Origin: Camelus dromedarius | Taxonomy: Eukaryota | Direction of reading: 5' to 3' | Length of the DNA: 64,000 nucleotides | Assembly: GCF_036321535.1 (NCBI RefSeq) | Contig: NC_087447.1 | Span: 36,520,001 to 36,584,000 of the forward strand | In this document: one piece after another, positions 50,161 through 63,700 of the stretch | Numbering within the stretch: position 1 is the stretch's first letter | Layout of the letters: each line of letters opens with the position of its first letter | Made by a program: the position numbers and the translations under genes | Notes under the pieces: model-generated | What the model saw: only the letters and a program-made list of their open reading frames with translations | Databases searched by the model: none | What the model was told of the DNA's origin: nothing

Positions 50161-51104
50161 GCTTATTGCTTCTCCGTGTTCCAGTGATTCATCACAACAT
50201 TGAATTTTTGAAAAGGCAGAGGGAAAATATCATGCCAATTATCTCTTGTCAGGGCTCAAATCCCTTGCATCTCATTGGTTAGAAACCCATTGAAAATCAA
50301 GGATAGTTTTTTCTTCCCATGGAGACCTGGGAGTAAGGTATGTTTTTAAGGGAATGAGAATATACCTAAAGATAAAATTACTTTGAGGATTTAGAGGCAT
50401 AACATAAACACAAAAGATATTAACACTAGAAGCTCAAGTGCACAGGCAGAGCCCTGTTGATTTCAGAGGCGTAAGGTAAAACCATGAGTGAGAAAAGTGA
50501 AGATACTGGAGATTATGGCATCCCTATCAGGTGGCTTTCACATGGGGATTAGTACATGACATCTGTGAGGAATAAAACAGGTGTGCACAGAGTTTCGTTA
50601 CTTTTAAGACTCTTTTAGACAAAGTGATGACTGTATCTCCCTGGTTGTATCACTACATTCTGTCCTTTTCCACAGAAGGTATAGTCACAGCAATTATTAC
50701 ACTTTGGATATAGGCCCTCTCTACTTGTCTCTTTCAAGGGAAAAGGAAATAGTGCAGGAAAATATATTCATAAGTAAGAAAAGACATTAAAATAAGATTT
50801 AAAAAATAGACTTTCTCAAGAAAGTGAAATGAAGTCAAGTTTATTTTGTTATCCTCATTACCTTATCATTCAGACTGACACTAACATGCATGCGTTCATT
50901 TACTCATTCACTCAATAACAATATTAATTCAGGACTCTTGTGGACTCAGGGAAGAATTTAAAATGGTAAAGGAAGAATTAAAACCCCAAAACAGCTTTTG
51001 AGTGCTTTCTGTGAATTAGAACTGTATTAGATACTTCATATTAGTTTAAAAACATACCGTGTGGAATTCCTGCCACCCCTGGTTGCTGCTGTGTACTGGC
51101 TATG

Positions 51105-54100
51105 ATCTAGTATTTGAAATATATAGTTTGATAAGTTTTGATATAAGTATACACCACGGAAGCCATTTCCAAAGTCAAGATAGTTTATATATCCATAACC
51201 CCTAGCGGTTTCTTAATGCCCCATCACAGTCTCTCATTCCTACCTGTCCTTGATCTTTTTTCAACCTCATCCCCAGGCAATCACTGATCAGCTGCCACTG
51301 TAGACTGCATTTAACATTTTTTAAATGTAAGTGGAATCACACATTATGTACTCTTTTTTTGGTCTAGTTTCTTTTATTCAGCACAATTATTTTGAGATTC
51401 ACTGAAAAGGTACATGTGTTGTGCTTGTCAATAATTTATTTTTTAAATTGCATAGTATTTTATTGTATGGATGTATCATAATTTGATTATCCACTTAAGT
51501 TCTTTCTAGTTTTTGGCAGTTACAAATGAAGCTGCTTTGAACATTTGTCTTTGGGTGGGCGTATGCTTTCTTTTCTCTTGAGTAAATACCTAGTAATGGA
51601 ATGGCTTGGTTACATAGGTGCATGTTTAACTTTATAAGAACTGCTAATTTTTTCCAAAGTGGCTTACCATTTTATTTTCCTACTAGCAATATGTAAAAGT
51701 TCCAGTTGCCCTACATTCCTAATAACAGTTGGCATGTTTAGTCTTCAATTTTAGCTATTCAAGTGGTTTGTAGTGGTGGCTCCTTGTGGTTTTAATTTGT
51801 ATTTCTCTAATGACTGATGATGTTGAGCATCTTTTTATATGTTTATTTGTCATCCATCTATCTACTTTGTTGAAGTGCCTTTTAAATCTTTTGCTGTTTT
51901 TTTTTTTTAGAAAAATTGGAGTTGTCTTCTTTTTTATTGAGTTGTAATAGTTGTTTATATTTATTTTAATTCAGATTATTTGTCAGTCATATGCGTGCAC
52001 ATATTTTTTACTTGTCTGTGGCTTGTCTTTTAATTTTGTCTTTTGAAGAGCCAGTGTTTTAAATTTCAGTGAAGTTTATTGCTTTTCTTCCGTATTTCAT
52101 GCTTTTTGTGTCACATTTAAGAAATTTTTGCAAAACCCAAGGTTAGATTTTCTCCTATGGGTTCCTTTAGAAGTTTTATAGTTTTAGTTTTTAATTTAGG
52201 ATTGTGATTTATTTTTAGTTAATTTTTGTAATAGGGTAAGATGAGGTTTGCGGTTTATATTTTTGCCTATGGCTGTCCAGTTGTTTTAGTGCCATTATCT
52301 GAAATGATTATCTTTTCCTCCATTAAATTGCCTTGTCATTTTTGTTGAAAATAAGTTGACCATATATGTATAGGTTCATCTCTGGAGTCTATTCTGTTCC
52401 ATTGATCTACTTGTCTATTTTTTTTATGCCATTATCTTGATTACTTGATTACTATAAACTCATAGAATGAGTCGGGAAGTATTACCTCCTCTTCAATTTT
52501 CTGTAAGTTTGTGTACAATAGGTACCATTACTTTTGAAATGCTTCAGAGACCTCACTAATGAAACCATCTGGGCCTGGAGTTTTCTTTCTGAGAAGGTTT
52601 TTAACTACAAATTCAATGTCTTTAATAGATACAGGGCTATGTAGGTTATGTATTTCATCTAAATTATATACTTTATTTAAGTGCATTTTATGTAAGTTGT
52701 TTAATCTATTGGCATAGATTTGTTCATAATATCTACTCATTATAATTTTAATATTTGTAGAATCTTTAGTGCTGTCACTTCTCTTATTTATGATATGAGA
52801 ATGTAAACAGCATGAAATTTAATATTACTTTTCTGTTTTATATTTTACTGATTTCTTTGTTTAGTCTTATTATTTCACTTTTCCTGCATACTTTGGGCTT
52901 AAGTTGCTCTTCTTTTAGGCAAAAGCTGAGGTCACTGATTTGAGACCCTCATTTTCAATATAGGTTTTAGTGCTATAAAATTTACGCTTTAGCTGTATTC
53001 CATACATTTTAATATGTGGTGTTTACATTTTTATTCAGTTCAGAATACTTTCTAATTTCCTGTTTGATTTCTTCTTTGATCCATGTGTAATATAGAAGTG
53101 TTATTTTATTTCCTAATATTTGCAGATTTTCCAGATATCTTTCTGTGTTGCATTCCTAGTTCTTTTGTTAGTTGACAAGTTCTATCAATGTAAACTAGAT
53201 AAACTTGGTTGACAATATTGTCCAGGTCTTCTATATCCTTACTGATTTTTTGTTTTCTTGTTCTGTTATTAATTAAGAGAGATTTTGAGATCTTTGATTA
53301 AAATTCTTCCTGAAATTTTATTAGTTGTCTTTCTTGTATTTTGAAGCTCTATTAGGTAGAAACATGTTTAGGGTCATTATGTCCTCCTAGTGAATTGACC
53401 CCTTTATCATCGTACAAGAATCCCTTTAGCCATAGTAATAGTCTTTGCTCTGAATATAATTTGTCTTATAGCCAAAGCCGCTTTCTTTTATTAGTAGTGC
53501 TGTGGTATATATATATATTTTTTTTTTTCATCTTTTCACTTTTAAAGTATTGTGTCTTCATTTTTAAAGTGAATTTCTTGTAGCCAGCATACAGTAGAGT
53601 CTTGCTTTTTCATTCAATATAACAATCTCCCCCTTTTAATTTGGGTGTTTAAACCATTTACATTTAATGTGATTATTGACATGGGTTGAGTTTAAATATA
53701 TATGCTCTTTGTTTTCTGTTTATATCATCTGTTCATTATTATCTTTCCCCTTTTTCTTGCTTTCACTTTAATTTACTGAGAATTTTTATGATGTCATTTA
53801 AAATCCCTTACTGGCTTGTTAATCCTGATTCTTTTTTTATTTTATTATATTTAGTGGTCACTTTAGTATTTATAACAATCCTTTACCACTTATCACAGTC
53901 TTACTTCAAGTAACATTATCCCACATAAAATATGACATGAGAATTTTGCAATAGCATACTTCCATTTCTCCCTCCTGGCCTCTATGCTATTGTTGTTGTA
54001 CACATTACTTCTATACATGTTACAAATCTAAAGGTAATTATTTTGCTTTGAATACTCAATAATATTTTAAAGATATTTAAAAAATTTAAAAAGTATTTTA

Positions 54101-55832
54101 TGTTTACCCACATAATTACCATTTTTATTGTACTTTATTTCTTTGTTTAGATTCAGATTTCCATTTGATAATATTACTTTCTACTTGAAGGAAGGACCTC
54201 TTTAATATTTCTTGTAGGCTATATCTGCTGGTGAGATAATGATATTTCCTTCACTTTTTATACTTCTGAAAAATCTTTATTTTGCTAGGTGTAGACTTTC
54301 AGATTAATGTTTTATTGTTCTATAATTTGAAAATACTGATTTATTGTCTTTTGGCTTGCATTGTTTTAAAAAAAAGTCTGCTGTAATTCTTTTATATATT
54401 TATCTGTATATGATGTGCCATTTTCCTCTGGCTGCTTTCAAGATTTTCTTTTTATCATTGGTTGTAAGTAACTTGATTATTATGTGCCTTAGTGTAGTTT
54501 TCTTAATGTTTATTGAGCTTGGGGTTTTTTGAGATTCTTGGATCTTGGTTTATAGTTTTTACCACATTTAAAAAGTTTTCATCTGTTACTACTTCAGAAT
54601 TTTTTATTCACTACTATTCTTTGTGGAATCCAAATACACATATATTAGGCAGCTTGAAGTTGTTCTTCAGTTCATTGATTCTGTTCACATTTCTTCATCT
54701 TTTTTTTCATTCTGTTTCTGTTTCATTTTAGATTGTTTCTATTGTTAAGTCTTAACATTCCCTTGTCTTTGTCCTGCAGTGTCTAATCTGATTTTAATTC
54801 TAATCCGTGTATTTTTTTTTTAAATCTCAGGCATTGTATTTTTTATTTCTAGTAGTTACATTTGAGTCTTTATTATGTATTTGATATCTCTACTTAGTAT
54901 GTTTAGCCTTCCTTTAAGTTCCGTGAACAAATAGAATGCAACTAATAACTATTTTAATATCCTTGTTTACTAATTCTATCTTCTGTGTCATTTCTAGGTT
55001 AGTTTCAATTGATTGCTTTTTTTACTTCATAATGGGTGGTATTTTTCAGCTTCTTTGCATGGCTGGTGATTTTTTTATTAGATGCCAGAAATTGTGAATT
55101 TTACCCAGTTAAGTGCTGAATTATCAGGAATCCTATAAATATTTTTGGACTTTTTTTCTGGTATGCAATTAAGATACTTGGAAATAGTTTGATCTTTTCA
55201 GTACTTTCTTTTAAGCACTGTCAGTTGGAACCAACACAACCTCTAGTGTAGGGTTGCTTTTCTGCATTGTTGAGGCAATACTTTTCTGAGTACTCTGCCC
55301 AGCACTGACATAATGAAGTTTTTCACTTTGATGATGGGAAACTGAATTATTCCTGGATTTGTATGAGCTCTGGAGATTTTTTTCTCTGCTCCATTTAGGT
55401 ACATCTTTCCCTAATCTTTGTTAGTTTCCTCACATATGTGTGCTTATCAGTGATTGTCTAAATTTTTGTGGAGGATTCTCTGTAGATCTCTGGAAGTCTA
55501 TGTGCAGGTCTCTCCTTTGTTACTCTGTGTTACTAACTCCAGCCACGTTGGCCTCTTTAGAAGCCCAGATTTATCTTCTTAATTCATTGAGACCATTAGG
55601 CTCTGCCTCTGTACACTGCAGTTGGTAATTTCTTTCTTGAGGCAGTAAACTGGGACAACTAGAGGGATGACCTCATTTGTTTTTCTTCTCTCAAGAATCA
55701 CTGTTCTTCATTGCCTGATATTCAGTTTCTAAAAACTGTTGTTTTCATATATTTTTTCCAGTTTTTAAGTTGTTTAAGCCAGAAGAGTAAATCCAGTCCC
55801 TGTTAGTCCATCTTGGCCAGTAACAGAAATCT
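51105..55832 (-). mobile_element. Old L1MC/L1MD-like element retaining both 3' and 5' ends, with internal deletions
   Basis: 3'UTR 'ccccaggcaatcactgatc'; ORF2 remnant 52528-52740 'YYEQIYANRLNNL...KKTPGPDGF'; ORF1-region motifs at ~54300-54550; 5' end antisense 'gtaaatccagtccctgttagtccatcttggccag'. Confidence 0.85.
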
Positions 55833-55929
55833 CCACATATAGGAAGAAAATATATGATATATATTAAGCATGCAGTATATTGAGTGCTTCACACATTGAG
55901 AAAGTATTCAGTAATTGATCATTAATATT

Positions 55930-56205
55930 GTCATTTCTCTGCCTGCATCCTGTTCAATAAGCCTTATTTTGTATACCACCTTCTATATGAAGCTTTCCAG
56001 ATGAATTGTTACTCTTTATTTTTTGTACTCACATAACTTTTTTTTATACTTTCATTTGACACACATCTACATTATAAATTTTGGTTTATGTGTTTGCTGT
56101 TTGTGGTAGATTGTAAGCCCTTAAACAAATAAGATCTATCTTGTTTATCTATCCTTAGTTTTTGGCATCTAGTAAATGCTTAGGTATTTGTTGCATAAAT
56201 GAATA
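55930..56205 (+). mobile_element. L2 LINE 3' end
   Basis: 'tagattgtaagcccttaaac...tagtaaatgcttaggtatttgttgcataaatgaat'. Confidence 0.6.
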
Positions 56206-56369
56206 GTCAAGACACCTTTTATGAAATATTCAGGAGTAGAATTTTTGATTAGGAAGGAAAAAGAGATAGTTTAATAGTATGATAACATTTGAGTAGAATG
56301 AAGGAGAGAGGGGGTAAGATTTGGGGATTCCAGAGAGCAACATGGGAGCAGAAGGTGGTTGGTTGAGGT

Positions 56370-56442
56370 TAGTAATATATAATAATGATAATGATGATAC
56401 TAGTAAATACTACTGCTGCTGTTACTACTACTACTACTACTA
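56370..56442. repeat. Compound trinucleotide repeat (TAA/TGA/TGC/TAC)
   Basis: Directly visible. Confidence 0.85.
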
Positions 56443-56784
56443 AAGTTACTGTGATGGTGAGAGAGGATAGAGGAATATAGCATGGACAATGAGAGAGACA
56501 TACTGTAGTGTGTCAATGGAACGATTTTGTGATACCTTCAGCACCTTGCTATAATATAGATGGTAACATTGGTGACATTACATAAATATATATTGTGTGA
56601 ATCAGTATAACTTGAATTGTAATAGAGGCTTTTAAACAAAGTGCTGAGAGAAAATAATATACTTTTTGGAGTAGGTGAAACTTAGAAGGAGGAGAGGGGT
56701 ATGGATTAACTGAGAAGAAGCAGAAAGAAATTCTAGGTAATGGAGAATAGCATAAAACCAAAGAATAGTATAGGCTGTAAATAA

Positions 56785-56995
56785 GTATAATGTAACATCA
56801 AATGGACCTTGGAGCTGAGATCACTAGGGCTTCACTCTTATCTCTGCCATTTGGTGTAACTCTGGACAAATTACTTAGCCTTTCTGAGATTCAATTCTCT
56901 CATCTGTAAAATGGGTGTTGTTGTTGGAAAGATTATATGATGCATAGAGAAAATTTATTTTATTTCTGGCAGATAGTGGGTCCGATAACTATTAG
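56785..56995 (+). mobile_element. MIR SINE
   Basis: 'ctctggacaaattacttagcctttctgagattcaattctctcatctgtaaaatggg'. Confidence 0.85.
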
Positions 56996-59900
56996 TTTCT
57001 TCTTTTTAGACATTCTATATCTTCCGATGAGGAAAGAAAAATGCTTCAAGAAGGACTTTGTGACCCCTCATCACTTTGTATAAGAGCCCAGGTATAATAT
57101 ATAATTTGTGAGTGTAACTAATGTTCCCATTTATTTCCTATTTCCATGGCAAATGAGGATTGCATTGCATTTTTGTGGTCCAATACTGAGGCCTAGGTAA
57201 CTTTAACACCCAATTTCTTTACATCTTCTAGTTTTAACTTGTGTTTGTAACTATTGGGATTATTGGCTAAATTTTACATACAAATGAAACAATTTTACTA
57301 CTACAATTCAATATTTTTCAGGAATGTTTCTATTTATAGGGAACATATCTACTGAATAAAAAAATGGAAAGATGAGTATCCGAAATCCTAAAATTTTCCG
57401 AGTTCTGAAACCACTTGTATTCTTTTAAGTTATTTATTTTACAAATAAAATTAGTTTCAATTTTAATTTCCCATCATAGAATTCATATAATATAAGGTAC
57501 AGAATCAAGTTTAGAAACCTTTGACTTAAAAAAATAATTATACTTTAAATCTCCAATTGGCTTATAAAAAACCATTGTTAATGTGCACTTACTCACAAAA
57601 TATTTTGGATGTATGGGGATTTTAAAAGGGATTCAAGCATAACTAATGCCATGTAATATTTTATTTTTTCCCTCAAGGGAAAATTCAGGACTCTTCCAGT
57701 TAACTAACTATGTGCTTGGTTAAAAGAACTAAAGAATTTGCACAGTTAATAGAATAAAAATTGATAAACCATAGTAGTTTTGGAGCCAATTTTCAGCACT
57801 GTTTTTGGTTGTTGAATACTTCCATTGATACATACAGCTCATATGTATAGTGCATAATGCTGCTGATCCTGCCAAGTGAAGAACCACCTATAGTCATCTG
57901 CCTGGATCTCAACTGCTGGGTGCTGAGTTGGCAAGGATCTGGCATGTGGTGGCATCTGACTTCATTTGCTGGTTTCATTATAAACTGGTTCTTTGCATTT
58001 ATGAACCTTAGTCTGGCCTTGATGACAGTTTGCTTGGTTGAGAGTCACCTTATTTTTAGTTTGAGACATGTTGCCTCCAGGGTGCTTGTAAACATGTTGA
58101 GAGGCTGAGTTTTGATGAATCTTACAACAACAATATTAATAATATTAATAGTTCAGCATTTGGCAGTATTATGGATATTAATGCATTCATAGTTCACCTT
58201 GACAAACCTGGGCCCAATCACGTGTGAAAATGAGTTTAGTCTTCTAATTTTGGTTTCTGGTGAGTATTTTTATACTTTTTTTCAAACTATAGGTGAAATA
58301 GAGAAGATATTGATTGCTTCTTAGAAATGCAAGATTCATAGCCCACATGACTATGTCTTCTTCTGAAGTAAAAAAGAAAATGTGTTATAATAAATTGCCA
58401 TCTTGATTTAATGAAATAAATGCTTAAGAATTTTTATATTGTATCATGGCTGATTTTTGATATTTTAAATTTCCCATTTTTTCATAATTTCAGAGTGAAG
58501 TACCTATTTTGTTATTTCAGCTAAACATATACTGTTAACTTTAAATAACTGATAACTTTATGTAATCTATGCAAGTAAACTGTATATTTATCATAAAATT
58601 TAAAACATGCTAATAATAAGTACATATAATAGCTAAGTATAGTCAGTATAGGACAGTTATTTTATCAAAATTACATTCATGAGGAAATAAATGTATCTTC
58701 TTATATTAAAATGCCACAGGAATGACACAATTTTATTAAATTATTAGTAAATCTATGACACATCTCAAAATTTGTGGGGCCTAGAAATAATATGGCAATG
58801 ACTAGAGTGGAAAGATCTTGCTCCCTAAAATTTGGTGGCTTGCTGAGCTATCTGAATAATCTATGTCCTTCTGGCACATACCCAAATACATCTTATGATC
58901 ACAAAAGAATTATTTTTAGATCTCTAACTTAGCTTGTTTTGATATGATATAACCACTGTGTTGTCAGATTTCCTATTTTAAGGAGTATAAATGAATTTGA
59001 ATTTTTATCTGAAGAAAAAGTATAATATTTGGTCCTTGAAGTATTTGGGTCCATATTTCTACCTGGAAATTCTATTATGTTCAAGTTGTACTACAAGGGG
59101 AAAAAGCTTATAAATTTTAAGAAAATAACTTTTTTGTGGTGATAAAATGTGGTTTACATTACTTGGTAAAAGGCATTGACTTAAAACTGAAAGGAAGTAA
59201 ACAAATCAAATAGAGACTATTTGTTTTGGTTGCTTATAAGCTTTTAATAAGTTTTAGTATAGTCAGACTTATGTCTCAATATTGTATTTTCATTCACATA
59301 AATCTTCAAATGGGACATTATGTCCACTTGATAAACATGTAGGGTTAATGATGGTAATTTTCCACCTGTGTCATGAAAGCAGATCCTTTTGATCTTTGTA
59401 AAAATTTCCATAGTTTTCTTGGTAAGTCTTTAGAGTATAAAAAAAAATCTGAATTAAAAGGAAAAAAGTTAACATAAAAATCTCACTCTTGCTAAAAAAT
59501 GTATCACACATAAGGTCTGAAAATAAGAAGAAAATAATCAGAGGTTTATTTTAGATAGCAGATTGGATCCATTCAAAGAATTTGTAGGAGTGTCTTCATT
59601 ATTCTCTGGTAGTTATAAGTGCTACAAGCTTAGTAATAAAAATAAAGTAGGCTTTAAACCCAAAGCTAGTAACTTTGGCTGAATTTCTTGCCACTTCTGT
59701 ATCCCCTGCAAAGGAGAATGCATTACATCTCTGTGAACAACCTGAATTTCTCTTGCCCTGCAAAATCATAAAGTCCAACTTGGCTTTTGACACAGTCTAA
59801 ACTACTCAGATTAGGTAAAGCTGATCTTAAAAGAGAAAAATTGGATACTCAGCAAACCCCAGCAGATATTTTGACACAATCTTGGAGCTGATAAGAGTTG

Positions 59901-60329
59901 TTATAAATTTAAACATTACCTTTCCTAGCACAGAAACTTCACTAATAAATGGCTTTGAATATTTTATGAATGACTGAGCACCTTACCTTGCTAATAAGTC
60001 CTCTAGAAAGCTATGACTTTTGGGGGGATACTATTACTTTTGGAGGAAGGAGTGTTGAAGAGAAGGTGCTGATGAGGTGTCATATAATTTTACAAGTTGT
60101 ATAGCTGTTTTTAACTACAAAACTATCTCTGATTAAAATAACAATTGAGCTTGTAATTTTTTCTGAACAGCTGCTACTACAGGGGGTCATTACCTTGGAG
60201 AGCTCGAAAATAATCGCACTCCTGGTACATGAGTTATGTAGTCTTGTATTTTACAGCAAAGCACAAAGTTTAAAGCCTATAGAAGAATGTTATTTGAAAG
60301 CTGTCAAACCATGTTAAAAAAGACTGCAT

Positions 60330-60720
60330 CGTCAAAAGGCCCTGGTGGCCACGATTCTGCATGTAGCCTTGTCTTATTCATTATAAAATGCATGTTTATA
60401 AAGTTCCACAGAGCATCCAATTCCCAATTCACTTATATCAGCAAGACTTAACTTGCTCATTAATCTAAATTCTTTTGCAACTTTAATCTACATGTTTAAT
60501 TAATCATAAAATGAGGCGGTAAGTAATTTCAGCAATGTGTGGCTTGTTATCAGATGCATTTAATCACTCTTCTGTGAGCTCATTTGGAAACACCTGAAGA
60601 TGTCGAGTGCAGTTTGAATAAGCATAAATTATTCTTTGTCAGTGTACTTCACTCAACTAATAAGACATTAATTTAAAAGGCACTGTTTGTCATTTTTAGA
60701 TCTTTACCAATATTTTTAGC
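60330..60720. promoter_or_regulatory. Candidate conserved non-coding enhancer element
   Basis: No recognisable repeat; dense in TAAT/TAATTA, CATAAAA, TTATCA, CACCTG, CTTTGT and TGTCA motifs; retains CpGs; conservation not verifiable here. Confidence 0.4.
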
Positions 60721-63700
60721 TTAGCAATGTAACTCTAATTGTATATATGATTCACAACTAGTGCCCGACATAGGAAAGGGTAAGAGTTTAATTCATTTTT
60801 CTTATTTACAAGTAATTATGTCATGTAATCTTAGTTTTTAATGAGGATTAACCATCTTGTAAGTATTCATATGCTTTTGGAATAAGGTACTAATGAATTA
60901 TAGTTGGAAAAATTATTTGTTGGTACAAAGGCTTGTGATTCCTTGTTTCTTGCCTAGGTTAGGTCTGAAAAGACATGAGGTTTGGGAGAAGGCTTTGATT
61001 TGAGGATATAGGTATTGCATAGAGATTATATGATGCAGATGTTAACCTTAAAAATCCAAGTAAAATAGCTATATTCAGCTATCTCACATAATAACATATG
61101 TAATCCTATGTAACATATGTAAAGGACCAGGTAGTCTAAAATAATGACAGTCCCATTTTTTCCCGTATCCTCTCAACAGTATTGCACAGATGATGATAGC
61201 ACTTTTCTAAAAGGCAAGAAACAAGAACAAACAAAAACTCACTCATAGCTTTAGAGCAAAAGAAAAAAAAATTCATGAGGGCTGAATGAGTTATGTATCT
61301 TGATGTCAGGAGTATAGGAATAAAAATTGCATTTTATAGGATGTCATCACCTGTCCTGTTTATGTCATGAGAGCAGTGACACACGGTAAGAATAATTATC
61401 TCAGTGGAAACAAATTTATTTACCTGCTGTGGAACATCCCTGTTCATCTTACTCATGAATGTATCTCACTCATATGCTATCTGTGGATTGTCAGCAGTGA
61501 GCCAGAGGGGATGATTCCTGAAAAAGGAATATTGGTTTGAGCTGAAATAGAGCCATATTCTCCATTTTTATTTGACGTGCACATCTCCTGGGTTTCTTCT
61601 CTTCTTCAGGGATCCTTTACACTGAGCTAACAGTTATTTATATGTCCATTTCTTGCCCTATGCCTCATCACTATGAAAAAATTCTTCTTCCTGTTTTCCT
61701 TTCTAAGGGAAGACAAAATCCCAGAAAATCTCATTTGTACAGTTTGAGTCATACAGACCACAGCAACACATCGCAATGAAATGCCATTTACCCTTATTTC
61801 ACTTAAAGCACTATACATTGTTTTCTTAGAACCACTAATGAAAACGTCAAACACTGGGGCCTTCTTCAGAATCGTTCTTGATAAACAACATTTCATTTGA
61901 ATTTAACTCTCTTGGTAAGAATATTTTTCTCATTCCTGTATAATCTTATACTCTCAGATGTTTGAATATGTACTATGATTACACACACACACCCCTTTAC
62001 TCAAAATGCACATATACTGATAGTTTTGCCCAGTCACAAAAAGAGGGCATACCACTCAAACATGCTTCTTCAGTGGAGACTTTACAATTGTTTAGAATGC
62101 AATTGTTTAGAAATTTAGAATTGTTTAGATTACCCGGAATGATGAACTACTCCAATGGATACAACCTAATAAGTGAACCTTCCATTCCCAGCTGAACTGA
62201 CAGAAATTGTTAGCAGAGCTCCAATTTTAAAGCATATCTTCTATGGCTGAAGGACAGCATGCTGGTAAATAAAGTGATCACTGATGGTAGAGAGGGGTGT
62301 AAAGAATGAGTGAGGAGCATGTGCAATGTGGTGTCCACTAGCAGTGTGCTCAGGGGGAAGGTTTGGTGTTATCAGAGTCTTCAGCTGTTGTGGGACTTCA
62401 GGCTCAGGAGTTGGATGAGAATGTCACAGAGCAGTTGGTTACAGGCAATACTTCTGACTTCATACTACAAGTCTCAATATCTGATTTATGTTATAAATGG
62501 GAGAGCAATGATATATTAAGTTGTGGCTTGTGCTACCTCAAGAGAAGGCCTAATATTTCCCTCTCCCCAACCCCAAGTTTCTTAAACAAATGAAATTCTG
62601 TTCTCATTTGTACCAAAAGGTCCATATGTTATTTCCTACAAACACTTAAATGATTTTTGCCCATCCATCTTTGTTTTGAATCCAGGCTTTGTGAATGCTG
62701 TTTGCCTTTCTAGAGCAGGCTAGTTTTTCTTAATCGTTTGAAATTGGCTTATATTAGAAGATCACTTAGGCATTACTATACATATATTAGTGTAGCACAT
62801 ATGGTGGCTTTTTAAGAAGTTCTGATGCTAGATGTTCAAAGCTTTGCCCAGGTAACATTTTTATGGATCCACACAGCCTTGCTTATACAGGAAAAGAAAA
62901 TACTGAGTCATACAGATAATTAAGTGTGCTGTTAGTTACTTCTGTCAAATTTTCACGACAGTGAGTTGACTTGTAGTTGTGTTAACTTTCCTAGTGCCCT
63001 CACCTTAGAAACCTTGTGTATTATTTTTAGGCAACATCTGAATCACTTATATTCAGGAGAAGATAATAATATATGTAGGTTTAGAAACTGCCTATATTTT
63101 CCCCATTACTCATAACTCATAGTATTGACTTGATTATAACTCTTGTTGTCATCATATTAACAATGTGTTACAGCCACAAATAATCATTTTTTCACAAATA
63201 CTTCCAAGTGCTCTATTTGAAAATCCCAGACTTCATATATAGTAAATAAGGACATAATTTATAACTTTCACATTGAATTCTTGCTTTTTAAAATTTGTGC
63301 TTCCCCTTTTGTAAAGCATATGACCTACTTAATAAAGGCTAATAGTCAGTTGCCTTTTTTTTTTTTTTTAGTATTTTTAAATCTATATCATAAAAAGACT
63401 TCTCTGAAGTATTCACAGGGATGTATTTGTAGGCAATTTCCAACTTACTAATGGATAAATTTCTGAAAGTTTGTTGCTTGAAATTTGGAATGGATATTCT
63501 TACAGAAAACATGTTACAGATGGTGATTTGATTCCTTGAGCAACCTGTTGAAACCCTTTTACCTTATTATATGGCTGAATTATAATATTGAGAGTACCAA
63601 GTAGCTAACTACTATCTGTTAAGTGGTTTTGATATGAAATCTCATGTTGAAATCTAACTTTAATAACATTCTTTTGACAAATTTCTGATGGTTAGATTTG

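Noticed and set aside
50655..50685. Polypyrimidine-CAG followed by AAG|GTATAG as a micro-exon
   Set aside because: Such acceptor-like tracts (also ~43690, ~45300, ~61608) are common in T-rich introns and have no independent support.
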